A stretch of 64,000 nucleotides of DNA from assembly GCA_040081455.1 (NCBI GenBank), contig JBEBGM010000012.1, forward strand, positions 15,124 to 79,123. The letters are read 5' to 3'. Shown in pieces: positions 29,853 through 40,500 of the stretch. Position numbers and translations under genes: made by a program. The stretch comes from Bryobacteraceae bacterium. Its GTDB lineage: Bacteria; Acidobacteriota; Terriglobia; Bryobacterales; Bryobacteraceae. Each line of letters opens with the position of its first letter. The stretch's first letter is position 1. The notes under the pieces were generated by a model. It saw nothing but the letters and a program-made list of their open reading frames with translations, was not told the origin of the DNA and ran no database searches.

Positions 29853-30487
29853 ACCAACCGGAAATCCAGAAATTGCTGGAGGCCCTTGCGGACCACGACC
29901 GCGGCATGGAGGCGGGCGTTCGCCTTGAGGCCGCGGTCCTCGACGGTTTCCGAAGGCGCAGCGCTCGCCTTCGTTACTTGACTTGGGCGGCATGGGGCCT
30001 TCCCGCCGCTGCCGTGGGGATCGTTCTTTTGATCGGCCTTTGGAGAACACCAGTCCGGAACCCGCGGCGGTCAAGGCCGGCAACCGCGGAAACAATTGTT
30101 CCGGTCATACCTCAGCGGGAGGCCTCGTCCGTGAACACGGCGATTCCGGGGACGAACCTGGCCCACACACCACGAATACAGGCGCGGCGTCCGGTAAACC
30201 GAGCACCCGTACAGGCGAGCGAGTCAATCGCCAGCGCCTCAAACGACGCGGGAGCGACACACGAGTTTGTGACCGATTTCTACCCGCTTCTCGAACCCGT
30301 TCCGCCGATGGAACATGCCGCAATCCTCCGAATGCGCGTTCCCGCATCCGCAATGCAGGCCGTCGGATTTCCTGTTGGCCCGGAACGATGGGATGAACCA
30401 GTGCAGGCCGATGTTCTGGTGGGCGAAGAAGGCATGGCGCGTGCCATTCGGTTTGTGACCTTCACTACCGGAAGCCCCCAGCGATGA
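29849..30487 (+). CDS. Putative single-pass anti-sigma factor
   Basis: The ATG at 29849 overlaps the sigma stop codon (ATGA). 212-aa product with one TM segment (LTWAAWGLPAAAVGIVLLIGLW). No HxxxCxxC zinc motif. The call is based on position and topology. Confidence 0.5.
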   Translation: MNQPEIQKLLEALADHDRGMEAGVRLEAAVLDGFRRRSARLRYLTWAAWGLPAAAVGIVLLIGLWRTPVRNPRRSRPATAETIVPVIPQREASSVNTAIPGTNLAHTPRIQARRPVNRAPVQASESIASASNDAGATHEFVTDFYPLLEPVPPMEHAAILRMRVPASAMQAVGFPVGPERWDEPVQADVLVGEEGMARAIRFVTFTTGSPQR

Positions 30488-30518
30488 GTTCCGCAATTCG
30501 ATATAAAGGAGAAACCAA

Positions 30519-31472
30519 ATGAAGATCGTTTCCATGGCCACGCTTGGACTAGCAACAGCCGTCGCGCTTCCAGCGCAAGAATTGGGCGTCCGGGAACCCG
30601 TTGACATCGTTTTCGCCGCTCCCATGCAGGTGCGTGCTGCAGCCGGACCTACGTTTCAATACATTGCTGGTGAAATGAGCAGCGGTACTCCCGTCAAAGG
30701 GGCCCCGTACGCGGCGGACGCGGTGACCGAGTCGGTGCAGACTCTGGCGGACGGCAACCGGATCGTGAGCCACTCCAGCGCATCAATTGCCCGCGATGGC
30801 CAAGGGCGTGGGCGGCGCGAGCAGTCGATCGGTAATCTGGGTCCGCTGGCACTGCCGGGAGAGACGCCAAGGCTGGTGACGATCACGGACCCTGTAAGTG
30901 GGGTGAACTACTCCTTGGATTCCGTAAACAAAATCGCCACAAAACTTCCGGGTTTCACACAGGGGATGCCCGCGATTCCCGTCGCTCCGCCGGCGGGAGC
31001 AAACGCCGTCCAGACCGTCGGCACTGCGCTCATTGCCAACGGATCGATTTCATCGAGTGGTGCCGGCAGCCGGGTGATGTACTTCCAGCGGTCCGCCCCT
31101 GGGAATACGGCCTCACCAGGCGAACCGCTGCCATTGGCGCTATCCGCTGTGCCTCAACCAGAGTCCATGGCGGTGGAGCAGTTAGGTTCGAAGCTGATCG
31201 AAGGCGTGCAGGCTACTGGAACGCGCCGAACCATAACCATTCCCGCAGGGCAAATTGGCAACGAGAGGCCGATCTTTATTATTGACGAGCGCTGGTATTC
31301 TAATGACCTGCAAGTGACGGTGCTCTCCGAGCGCAGCGACCCGCGCGTGGGGAAGACGACGTACGCACTCAAAAACATCAACCGCAGCGAGCCATCACCG
31401 GCGCTGTTTCAGGTGCCGTCGGATTACACCGTGAGAGAGGGCCCGCAACCGTTTGTGCAGAAGTTACCGTAG
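30519..31472 (+). CDS. Hypothetical secreted protein (ECF module cargo)
   Basis: 317-aa ORF starting 31 nt after the anti-sigma gene. Sec signal MKIVSMATLGLATAVALPAQE. I recognise no family. Confidence 0.5.
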   Translation: MKIVSMATLGLATAVALPAQELGVREPVDIVFAAPMQVRAAAGPTFQYIAGEMSSGTPVKGAPYAADAVTESVQTLADGNRIVSHSSASIARDGQGRGRREQSIGNLGPLALPGETPRLVTITDPVSGVNYSLDSVNKIATKLPGFTQGMPAIPVAPPAGANAVQTVGTALIANGSISSSGAGSRVMYFQRSAPGNTASPGEPLPLALSAVPQPESMAVEQLGSKLIEGVQATGTRRTITIPAGQIGNERPIFIIDERWYSNDLQVTVLSERSDPRVGKTTYALKNINRSEPSPALFQVPSDYTVREGPQPFVQKLP

Positions 31473-31547
31473 ATCGATCTGCAGGTTTGGAGCGTTTGAT
31501 GAAAATCCTCTGGCCGACACCGGGGCTTCGTTTATAGGTTCCGGCGA

Positions 31548-32225
31548 CTACTCCACCACGCGGCCATCGCGCATCTTGACGATGCGATGGCCGTACGCGG
31601 CAGCTTCCGGATTATGGGTGATCATCAGAATCGTTTGACCCAGCCGCGTGTTGAGGTCGCGCAACAGCCCAAGAACGGCGTCCGAATTCTGGGTGTCCAG
31701 GTTGCCGGTGGGTTCATCGGCCAAGAGGATGGCCGGATGGTTCACGATGGCACGTGCGATGGCCACCCGCTGCTGCTCTCCGCCGGAAAGGGCGCGGGGC
31801 TTGTGATGCAGGCGGCCTTTTAAGCCGAGCAAACCAAGAATCTCTTCAAACTGCGGATCAAAACCCTGGGGCCTTCCGGCGATATCCTGCGCGATGGTGA
31901 TGTTGTCCTGCGCGCTTAAGGTGGGCAGCAGATTGTACTTCTGAAAAACGAAGCCGACGCTCTTCTTGCGAAGATCGGTGCGCTCAGCGTCAGTCATGCC
32001 CAGCAGATCACGACCATCAATGTGAACCGTACCCGAGGTGGGCGGCGTCAGACCGCCCAAAATATGAAAGAGAGTCGATTTGCCAGAGCCGCTGGGACCC
32101 ACAATGGAGACAAACTCGCCGCGCTCTACTTTGAGATTGACCCCGCGCAACGCGTGCACATCGACGTCGCCGACCCGATAAGTCTTCTTTAAATTTTGGA
32201 TCTCAATCATACGCGAGCGCCTCAA
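31548..32225 (-). CDS. ABC transporter ATP-binding protein (MacB/LolD-like)
   Basis: 225-aa ORF. Walker [10 protein letters not shown], signature LSGGEQQR and Walker [13 protein letters not shown]. Confidence 0.9.
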   Translation of the reverse strand: MRRSRMIEIQNLKKTYRVGDVDVHALRGVNLKVERGEFVSIVGPSGSGKSTLFHILGGLTPPTSGTVHIDGRDLLGMTDAERTDLRKKSVGFVFQKYNLLPTLSAQDNITIAQDIAGRPQGFDPQFEEILGLLGLKGRLHHKPRALSGGEQQRVAIARAIVNHPAILLADEPTGNLDTQNSDAVLGLLRDLNTRLGQTILMITHNPEAAAYGHRIVKMRDGRVVE

Positions 32226-33288
32226 TGGCGTCCTGGCGCGATGCTTTCATGCCGGGGTAAACGGCGCCCAGCGCCGAACCCACCAGAGCAATCAAAGACG
32301 CCCACGGCCACCACGCATGCACGATTAGCATCGGCATCGTGGGAACAAACACTTTCATGATCCACTGCGTGCCGTAGCTCATCAATATGCCGGCGATCGC
32401 GCCCGCAACGGCCAGCGCCAGTGTCTCCCGCATCAAGATCGACATCACATACCCGGGCGAAGCGCCCAGGGCTTTCAGGATGCCGATTTCACGGGTACGT
32501 TCGAGCACCGCGGTATACATGGACAAAAACACAACCAGGAAACCGACAATCACCGCCAGCCCAACCACCACGTTCGTAAAACGCTTGAGAATTGGGATGC
32601 TATCGACAGAAATCAACGAGACAAACTCATCGAGCGAGAAGACTTTGTAATCCTCCAACTTCGCGTGCAGGGAGTCGATAACCGCCTGCACGTTCTTTGG
32701 GTCGTCAACCTTCACGTAGACGACACTGACCTTCTCGCGCGCCGAGTATTTTTCCTGCAACGATTCGAGCGGAGCGAACATGCGCGACAACTTGCCGGAT
32801 TCCACCACCCCCGCGACGTGCCACTTCAAACCCAGTTCAACCGTATTGCCCGCGTGCAGCTTGTGTGCCTTCGCGTAGACTTCATCCAGCAACAGATCGT
32901 CGGGGCCCTGGAATGGGCCACCTTCAAGAAACCGGAAGCCGCCGCTCATCGCCGAAAACTCGCCGATGTTGATACCGGTAATCGAATCGAAGTTGCCGAT
33001 GGATTGCACTTTGGTGCCGCTGACCATCGTCACGTGCGGCTCCTTGCGGACCAGTCCGACAATGCCCTGCGGCATGTCGCCCGAAAACGCGAGCACGGAG
33101 CTGCCAGGCGGGCGAACCAGGATATCGGCGCCGGTGCCGCGCGAGTTGCGCGCAATATCGGCCAGGACGCCTTGGCTCACACCCACCAGCGTCAAAATCA
33201 TCGTTACCTGGACGCCGATGGCGACCGCGCTGAGCATGGTTCTCACCGGGCGGTGCTTTAGATTTTCAACAATGAGACGGTGGATCAA
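32203..33288 (-). CDS. ABC transporter permease (FtsX-like with MacB-type periplasmic domain)
   Basis: 361-aa ORF. N-terminal TM segment, ~200-aa extracytoplasmic domain and a C-terminal FtsX-type 3-TM bundle ([12 protein letters not shown]). Overlaps the ATPase gene by 23 nt. Confidence 0.85.
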   Translation of the reverse strand: MIHRLIVENLKHRPVRTMLSAVAIGVQVTMILTLVGVSQGVLADIARNSRGTGADILVRPPGSSVLAFSGDMPQGIVGLVRKEPHVTMVSGTKVQSIGNFDSITGINIGEFSAMSGGFRFLEGGPFQGPDDLLLDEVYAKAHKLHAGNTVELGLKWHVAGVVESGKLSRMFAPLESLQEKYSAREKVSVVYVKVDDPKNVQAVIDSLHAKLEDYKVFSLDEFVSLISVDSIPILKRFTNVVVGLAVIVGFLVVFLSMYTAVLERTREIGILKALGASPGYVMSILMRETLALAVAGAIAGILMSYGTQWIMKVFVPTMPMLIVHAWWPWASLIALVGSALGAVYPGMKASRQDAIEALAYD

Positions 33289-33377
33289 GTGTCGTTAAAC
33301 CAGAGTCGGAATTAGCAGCCGGATTGCAGTGCACCGGAAGAGCAATGAGCGAAATGCAAAGACGAGCGCTCCTTTGG

Positions 33378-34100
33378 CTAGTGTACCAGCCAAGCGTTCC
33401 CAATCACCGAGAGCGCGGCGATTCCGGCAGTCTCGGCTCGCAGAATAAGCGGCCCCATGGTGACCCGCATCCATCCAGCTTGTTGAAATTGCTCGCGTTC
33501 TTCTTCCGTCCAGCCACCTTCGGGACCAAGGAGGACGGCGACGTCTTCATCCAACTTGCGCTCGGCAGGCAGCTCCGCGGAAAGCGGGACGCCTCCGGGA
33601 ACTTCGTCCAGGACATAACGGTGCGTCGCCGCGAGCGAGCATGCTTCTTCAAAGGATCGCGCCTCATGCACCTCCGGCAAAAACGTGCGGCGCGACTGCT
33701 GACTCGCCTCGAGCGCGATCCGCCGCCAGCGTTCCAGACGCTTTTCGGCGGCCTTGTCGAGCCCACGCTCGGTGCGCGTCGCGATCAACGGGACGATTTC
33801 ATTGACGCCCAGTTCGGTGGCCTTTTCGATCAGCCACTCAAAGTGATCGAACTTGATCAGCGCCGCGCAGAGAATCAGGCGTACGGTAGGCTCGGCAGGC
33901 GGCAGCTTCTCGATCGTCCGGAAGATGACGTGCTCCTTGCGGGCCGTCTCCACTTCGGCAAGATACGCAGTGCGATTGTCAGAGATTTCGTAACGCTCGC
34001 CGGACTCGACTCGAAGCACTCGCGTGAGATGACGAGCGTCTTCGCCTGAAATTTCGGCGTGCCCGTTGCGGATCTGATCGACGAAAAAACGCCTCCTCAT
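33378..34100 (-). CDS. rsmE: 16S rRNA (uracil1498-N3)-methyltransferase
   Basis: 240-aa ORF. RsmE-type N-terminus (RRFFV...GEDARHLTRVLRV) and the SPOUT C-terminal motif LLGPEGGWTEEE. Confidence 0.8.
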   Translation of the reverse strand: MRRRFFVDQIRNGHAEISGEDARHLTRVLRVESGERYEISDNRTAYLAEVETARKEHVIFRTIEKLPPAEPTVRLILCAALIKFDHFEWLIEKATELGVNEIVPLIATRTERGLDKAAEKRLERWRRIALEASQQSRRTFLPEVHEARSFEEACSLAATHRYVLDEVPGGVPLSAELPAERKLDEDVAVLLGPEGGWTEEEREQFQQAGWMRVTMGPLILRAETAGIAALSVIGNAWLVH

Positions 34101-34139
34101 TCTGACTTCTGTCTCCTTTCTCCTGTATTCTGTGTTTTA

Positions 34140-34742
34140 ATGATCGCCCATCTGCGAGGCACAATTCTCGAAAAACATCCGAACCAGGTCATCGTGGAGG
34201 CCGCGGGTGTGGGGTACGACGTCGCGATTCCTGTCTCGGCCTATTCGTCGCTGCCCGATGCGGGTGCTGAAGTCCAGCTGCACATTCACACGCACGTGCG
34301 CGAAGATGCGTTTCTGTTGTTTGGCTTCGTCTCGGCAACGGACAAAGCTCTGTTCGAGAAACTCATCACCGTCAGCGGCATCGGCCCGAAGCTCGCGATC
34401 ACGGCGCTCGGTGGATTGACGGGGACGGATTTAGTGAACGCAATTCGCACGGGCGCCGTCGAGCAATTGGTTCGCATTCCAGGCGTCGGCAAGAAGACGG
34501 CCGAGCGCATTGTGCTGGAGTTACGTGATAAGTTGGGAGCGCTCGCAGGTGTTGCGCCTGCCGCGGGCACCACACCCGCCAAGCCCGAATTCCCGCCCGT
34601 GGAAGAAGACGTGATCTCCGCGCTCATGAACTTCGGCGCATCGCGGACAGCCGCGGAGGCAGCTGTGACCAAGGCGCGCTCGACAGGCGAGGCAAACGAT
34701 TTCGATGCGTTGTTCCGGCGGGCACTCAAATTAGTGCGCTAG
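34140..34742 (+). CDS. ruvA: Holliday junction branch migration complex subunit RuvA
   Basis: ORF 34059..34742; the ATG at 34140 gives the canonical MIAHLRGTILEK...VEAAGVGYDV. HhH motifs (VSGIGPKLA, IPGVGKKTAERI). Confidence 0.9.
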   Translation: MIAHLRGTILEKHPNQVIVEAAGVGYDVAIPVSAYSSLPDAGAEVQLHIHTHVREDAFLLFGFVSATDKALFEKLITVSGIGPKLAITALGGLTGTDLVNAIRTGAVEQLVRIPGVGKKTAERIVLELRDKLGALAGVAPAAGTTPAKPEFPPVEEDVISALMNFGASRTAAEAAVTKARSTGEANDFDALFRRALKLVR

Positions 34743-34886
34743 CCGTGGGGCGAAATGGAATTCCGCGCAGGAATGGCAAGCCCGATTGTGACGATGTCGA
34801 AAAGCCGCACCAGTCGCAGCGCCACGCCGCTGAGGTTTCCAATCCGCACCGCAAATTCGCAAACTCGATAAACTAAAACTTCCCCC

Positions 34887-35918
34887 ATGCGCGACCAAGG
34901 CATTGTATCGGCGAGTCCTCGCGACGATGAGCGGCAGTTTGAAGTCGCCATGCGTCCCACTAAGCTCGCGGAATTTGCCGGCCAGGAGCGCCTCAAGGAA
35001 CAGCTTTCCATCGCGATTGAGGCTGCAAAGAAGCGCGGCGAGGCAATGGACCACGTTCTGTTGTACGGTCCTCCGGGTCTCGGCAAGACGACGCTCGCAG
35101 GCATCATCGCGGCGGAACTGGGCGTGGGCATCCAGCAGACCTCCGGACCCGTGCTCCAGAAAAAGCTGGACCTCGTCGGCATCCTCAGCAACATTCAGGA
35201 ACGCGAAGTTTTCTTTATCGACGAAATTCATCGCCTCCAGCCCGACGTGGAGGAGATGATCTATTCGGCGCTCGAGGACTTCCGCATGGACATCCTTATT
35301 GGCACCGGTCCTGGCGCGCGCACCGTGGCCATGGACATCAAGCGCTTCACCGCGATCGGCGCGACCACGCGACAAGGAATCATCAGCGCTCCCTTGCGCG
35401 GGCGATTCGGCTTGGTGCTACGGCTGAATCCGTACGACGTGCCGGAACTTTCGCGCATTGTGCAGCGTTCAGCTCATCTACTGGAAGTGGAAATTGCAGC
35501 GGAAGGCGCTTCCGAAATCGCCCGCCGCAGCCGAGGGACACCGCGCATCGCCAACCGCCTGCTGCGCCGCGTTCGCGATTACGCACAAGTCCGCGCCTCG
35601 GGCGTGATTGAAATGGACGTCGCGCAAAGGGCGCTGGATCTACTGGAAGTTGACCGCTATGGGCTGGACGAGATCGATCAAAAGATCATGATGACGGTGC
35701 TTGAAAAGTACGGCGGCGGGCCGGTGGGGTTGAGCACTATTGCGGCTTCCATCGACGAAGAATCGGGCACCATTGAAGAAGTGTACGAGCCCTACCTGAT
35801 GCAGCTTGGTTTTCTCGATCGTACGCCGCGCGGACGCATCGGAACGCAGCGCGCGTTTGAATATTTCGGCATCGCGCAACGCGCACGCAGCGGGCAAAGC
35901 GGCTTATTCGATAAATGA
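34887..35918 (+). CDS. ruvB: Holliday junction DNA helicase RuvB
   Basis: 343-aa ORF. Walker A GPPGLGKTTLA, FIDEIHRL and the sensor RGTPRIANRLLRRVRD. Confidence 0.95.
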   Translation: MRDQGIVSASPRDDERQFEVAMRPTKLAEFAGQERLKEQLSIAIEAAKKRGEAMDHVLLYGPPGLGKTTLAGIIAAELGVGIQQTSGPVLQKKLDLVGILSNIQEREVFFIDEIHRLQPDVEEMIYSALEDFRMDILIGTGPGARTVAMDIKRFTAIGATTRQGIISAPLRGRFGLVLRLNPYDVPELSRIVQRSAHLLEVEIAAEGASEIARRSRGTPRIANRLLRRVRDYAQVRASGVIEMDVAQRALDLLEVDRYGLDEIDQKIMMTVLEKYGGGPVGLSTIAASIDEESGTIEEVYEPYLMQLGFLDRTPRGRIGTQRAFEYFGIAQRARSGQSGLFDK

Positions 35919-35942
35919 AGTTCAGCAAGTGACGCTTGACAA

Positions 35943-36437
35943 GTGAAGACGGTCTACATCGGCCTCGGCTCTAACCTCGGCGACCGCGACGAGAACCTGC
36001 GCGCTGCGCGCGAGCAACTCACAGAAGCCGGACTGCGAATCAGGCGCGAATCATCGTTGTATCAAACGGCGCCGCGCGATTTGCTCGATCAGCCTTGGTT
36101 CTTGAATCAAGTGATTGAAGTCGAGACCGACCTTCTGCCGCTGCAACTATTGGGCCGGCTGCATAAAATTGAAAAGAGCATGGGCCGCCGTAAGATTGTC
36201 GCGCAGGGTCCGCGCGTCATTGATCTGGATATTTTGCTCTATGGACGGGCAGTGATCCATCACCGGGGCCTTGAAATTCCACACCCCAGGATGACCGAGC
36301 GGCGTTTTGTATTGGAACCGCTGGCGGAACTGGCTCCGGAGCTGCGCTTGCCTACCGACCACCATCCGCCTGATGGGGGTACTATTCGAGAGTATCTGGC
36401 TGGGGTAAAAGACCAAGAAGTGCGGCGAGTCGAATAG
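35943..36437 (+). CDS. folK: 2-amino-4-hydroxy-6-hydroxymethyldihydropteridine diphosphokinase
   Basis: 164-aa ORF with a GTG start. HPPK motifs YIGLGSNLGD, IDLDILLY and IPHPRMTERRFVLEPL. Confidence 0.85.
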   Translation: MKTVYIGLGSNLGDRDENLRAAREQLTEAGLRIRRESSLYQTAPRDLLDQPWFLNQVIEVETDLLPLQLLGRLHKIEKSMGRRKIVAQGPRVIDLDILLYGRAVIHHRGLEIPHPRMTERRFVLEPLAELAPELRLPTDHHPPDGGTIREYLAGVKDQEVRRVE

Positions 36438-36479
36438 CCCGCCGCACCCTTGGAAATCACGTTCTCACGATTGGTAGTG

Positions 36480-36776
36480 TTACCGGCGGTAATTCCCACC
36501 CGCCCAGTATCCAGCAAAGTACATGCCGCGATCCCAACGCGGGGCCACCCAATACGAACCCCGGTACGGGGCGGCTGCCCAATATCCCGAGCGCCAAAGA
36601 TAACGATTTCCGGAGGGATACCAATAGCCGTCCACCCAAACATGACGTGGTCCCGGCGCCACCGGGCGAACTCCGATCGCGCGAGGCGCGGGCGGGGCTC
36701 CAATTCGAACTCCAACCGCCACGCCAGCAAACATCGAGCTCGCCGCCAAAACCATGATTGCGATTGCCTTTTTCAT
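36480..36776 (-). CDS. Small secreted aromatic-repeat protein (YXWGXW-repeat-like)
   Basis: 98-aa ORF with a strong SD (AGGAGGAAGCGTT-ATG) and a Sec signal MKKAIAIMVLAASSMFA. Repeated GYW/SYW motifs (VWVDGYWYPSGNRYLWRSGYWAAAPYRGSYWVAPRW...FAGYWAG). Confidence 0.6.
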   Translation of the reverse strand: MKKAIAIMVLAASSMFAGVAVGVRIGAPPAPRAIGVRPVAPGPRHVWVDGYWYPSGNRYLWRSGYWAAAPYRGSYWVAPRWDRGMYFAGYWAGGNYRR

Positions 36777-36887
36777 AACGCTTCCTCCTGACTACACTTG
36801 TCCAGTTGTGTTGTTGTCACCGGTATCTTTCGTCCGGCATTCTGCTGCTTTTACCACCGCAAAAACGAAACTTAAGAAGCTTGGAAC

Positions 36888-37274
36888 CTAGCGGCGGAAC
36901 CCGCGGCCCCAGCCACGCCCGTAATTGCGCCCGAAGTTACTGCGATAAACCGGGCTGGGCGCATACCGATAACCGTAAGCCCGCGGGCCGGTCCAATAGC
37001 CAGCGTAGAAGCGGCTACCGTTGTAACGAGGACCCACCCAGTAGGCGCCTGCATACGGAGGCATCGCCCAGTAGCCCCGGACCGGACGGCGGTAAGCGTC
37101 ATAGTAGCCGTCCACCCAGACATATCCGGGCGCGGGCATGGGCGGGCGCGCCACGTAATACGGCGCTGCGGGTGCATAGTAACCCGGCCCACCAATATTC
37201 ACTCCGACGGAAAAACCCTGCGCAAAAGCGCTTCCCGCTACCAGCATCATCAGGGCGATCAGTTTGGTTTTCAT
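36888..37274 (-). CDS. Small secreted aromatic-repeat protein, paralog of 36480..36776
   Basis: 128-aa ORF with an AAGGAGG SD and a Sec signal MKTKLIALMMLVAGSAFAQ. It has the same VWVDGYY...RGYW...GAYWVGPRY...YAGYWTG pattern and a basic Gly/Arg tail. Confidence 0.6.
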   Translation of the reverse strand: MKTKLIALMMLVAGSAFAQGFSVGVNIGGPGYYAPAAPYYVARPPMPAPGYVWVDGYYDAYRRPVRGYWAMPPYAGAYWVGPRYNGSRFYAGYWTGPRAYGYRYAPSPVYRSNFGRNYGRGWGRGFRR

Positions 37275-37483
37275 TTTCTTCTATTGCCTCCTTGCGACCT
37301 CACTAATGCAAACCCAATGCCAAAGATAAAGTGTTGAAAAATATGAGCATCGCCCTGCGTTTCGTGGCCGGACGCGGCCACCCGAGGTGGTGCTTCTCGG
37401 CCACTGCCGGATTGCCTAAGGGAGTTGGACTAGAAAAAAACTGCGAAAAACCACTAGAGAGAATAGAGAAGAGGGAAAAGAAA

Positions 37484-37512
37484 AGAGGAGAGCCGGATTC
37501 CGGCTCCCCTCT
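37484..37512 (-). terminator. Rho-independent terminator after TBDR-like gene 1
   Basis: The minus strand reads AGAGGGGAGCCGG-AAT-CCGGCTCTCCTCT followed by TTTCTTTTCCC. The 13-bp stem has one mismatch and starts 22 nt after the stop codon. Confidence 0.65.
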
Positions 37513-37534
37513 GTTGGTAGCTACGCTGTGAGTG

Positions 37535-40500
37535 TTAGAACGTGAACTTCATCGCGAACTGCAGCTTACGCGTCGGTTGTGCGTTCACCAACTGGCCAAA
37601 GATCGGGCTGGTGATCACGGCAAACGCCGGCGTCGCCTGAGGCGCAGCCGAGCTCGAAGTGGCCGTCGATGGCGGATTCGCAACAAAGCTGTTGGTCACG
37701 TTAAAGGCATCCGCGCGAATCTGGAACGTATAGCGTTCCTTCATCTTGAAATCTCGCGAGAGAGCCAGATCGAGCGTCCAGTACACTGGACCCACAACGC
37801 TGTTCCAGCCGAGGTTGCCATTGGTACCGAGCGGCTGGGCCACGAACGCAGCCTTGTTAATGAAGAAGCCACCCGGAGTGTTGCTGCCATAAACCGAATC
37901 CGGCGACACAAGGTTCGGACGCTGGTGGTTGATGCCCGTCAAAGAACGGTCCGCGCCGCTCTGTACCGAGATCGTCTGGCCGGTAGTGAACTTGTAGATG
38001 GTGGCCAGTTGCCAGTTCGATGCAACCATGCGCAGCGTGTTGTTCGAGAACCTCGGTGCCTGCGCGACAGCGGTGAAGTTGATGATGTGACGGCGGTCGC
38101 TATCGCAATCGCCACGGTCAAACAGAACGTTACCCGGAGCGGTGACCGTCTGGTCCTGCTTCGAGTTGAAGCCCTGCATATAGCCCGTACAATGCGACCA
38201 AGTCCAGTTCGCGCTGGTGCTGATCCCGTGGCTAAAGCGCTTCTGCAAGGACAGCAACATTGCGTTGTAGCGCTGCGTGACCGAAGGATCCCACTGGGCC
38301 ATGTGGCCGACATACAAACCTTCGGCGGGATTCAGCAGGCTGAGCACGCGGCGTGCGTCCACGTTGGCGGCGGCGTTGCAGGTGATTGCCGTTGGCGCAC
38401 AACCCGTGGTGACAATCGGACCATTCACCAACTGGCCGTAGTTGATCGGATCGTTCGCATACATACGCATGATGCGGCTACCGATGTAGGTGGCCGAAGC
38501 AACCCACGTCGTACCCAGCTGCCGTTGGATGGCCACGTTCCAGGAATAGGAATTCAGCGCCGGCAGATTGTACGGGTTTGTAAAGAATTGCCCGCGCGGA
38601 GTGAACGGGGCATTCTTATCCACTGTGTATGGGAACGGATTGCCGCCGGGCACGCTGGCGAACGGATCGGCGAAGGTCGCCGGGTTGGAGAACGTCGCGC
38701 GGCCGCCCCATGGATTCGAACCGCCCTGATCTTCGCGATTGATTCCGGGAACATAAACGTAGCTAAATGCATACGACGCGCGGATGGACATCTTGCCATC
38801 GCCCATCGGGTCAAACGCAAGGCCGATACGCGGGCTGAAGTTGTGCCACTGGCGGTTTGCGCCAGAAGTCTCCGGGAAACCGGGGTCGCCGGGGAAGTAG
38901 AAGCCGAGAGGTGCCTTCGTGAACATTTGGCTGCGGGTACCTGCTTTGAAGCGGCCCATGTCAAATGCCGAAATCTGCCCGTTCTTGACCTGCAACGGAA
39001 GGTACGGTTCCCATCGAACACCGTAGTTGATCGTCAGGCGGGAGTTCACCTTCCAGGTATCGGTAAAATACATGTTCATCATGTTCTGTCGCGTGATGTA
39101 GGCGTTTGGCAGCCCCTGGAAGAAGGACAGCGGCGTGATGCCGAGGAGGAAATCCGCCATCGAGCTGCCAGTGGTGCGGCCGTTGAATTGGAAGTTTCCG
39201 GGAGGCGCAAAATGGTTAAACTCGTTCACGCGACCCTGCAGGAATCCGCCACCGAAGGTCATCTGATGCGAACCGCGGATCCAATTGACGTCGTCATTGA
39301 ACGCCAGGCTGTAACCGCGCCACGCGTCGCCATCACCCAAGCCAGTGCTCAGCTGAAAGAAGCCAACCACGTTCACCTGGCCCAACTGGCCAGGCGTAGC
39401 GCCGCCGCAATAGATCTTGACGCCGGCGTCGCACAGCGTGAAGAGATTCGTGCTCGACAGGCGATTTGCCGTCCGATTGAAAGCGATCCGCGCTGAGTTC
39501 ACCATCGTCGGACTCAGCACATACGTATCGCCAATCGCATAGGACTGTGCGAACTGATCGGAACCGTTCCCTCCGGCGGCCAGCATGTTCGAGTTCAAGG
39601 TGGAGGTAACCGGAACATTGACCAGCGTATTCACCAGGCGGAAGAACGCCGAGTGCCCGTCGTTGATCTGGTAGTCAACCCTTCCAACCATCTGCTTGTC
39701 ATTTTGATACAAAGGGTAGCCATTCGCTGGATTGTTTGTGCCGGCATACGTGATTTGTCCGCAAGGGCCAGTTGCCGCGTTGATTGTCGGCAACATCTTA
39801 TTCAAGAGGAATTTCGAAACGGGCGAAAACTGCGCAGGGTCCAAGCTGCTGGCGCCGGTAACGCCCGCGGTGGTTCCGATGGCCGAAGCGTTGAAGTTGG
39901 CGCAACCGCTGAAGTCGCCGTTCAACATACGCGCCGTCGGGATCGTAGCCGTCGAGTTCGCGGCGAGCTGACGGAGCGTGGTGCCCTGGAAGCCGCCGAA
40001 GGCGAATAGCTTGTTCTTAATAATGGCACCACCGATAACGCCACCAAACTGGTGGCGCTTCAGGGAGTCTTTCGTCGTGGCAAAGTAGTCGCGCGCAACG
40101 CCGAAGCCATCGTTGCGGATGAATTCAAACGCATCGCCATGGATATCGTTGGTGCCGGACTTGGTCACCACACTCACTGCCGCGGCTCGGCCACGCTGCG
40201 CGGTCTGTCCGCTCGATTCCGCTTTAAACTCCTGCACGGCATCAGGGAACGCAATCGGCATCGTGGTGCCGGAGAGAAAGTTAGTGTGATCTGCTCCGTC
40301 CAAACTGTAATCGGTGGCATAGAACAACTGGCCACCCATGCTGATGTTGGGCAGGCCGCCGAACCACCGGCTTTGGCTGGTGCCGAAGGTAACCGCCGCG
40401 CCGGCCAAATTGACGAGGTCGGTCACGTTGCGGCCGTTCAACGGCAATTCCACAATGCGCTGGTTCTGAACAACTTCACCAATACCGGAGCTGCGCGTCT

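Noticed and set aside
37532-39496. 654-aa plus-strand ORF. Similar long antisense ORFs occur at 53791..55713, 56034..57191, 20999..22075, 29064..30095, 27729..28475 and 14163..15320.
   Set aside because: They lie antisense to genes with clear family motifs. Their products are Arg/Gly/Ala-rich low-complexity sequences with no recognisable domains. This is the usual shadow-ORF artefact of GC-rich DNA.
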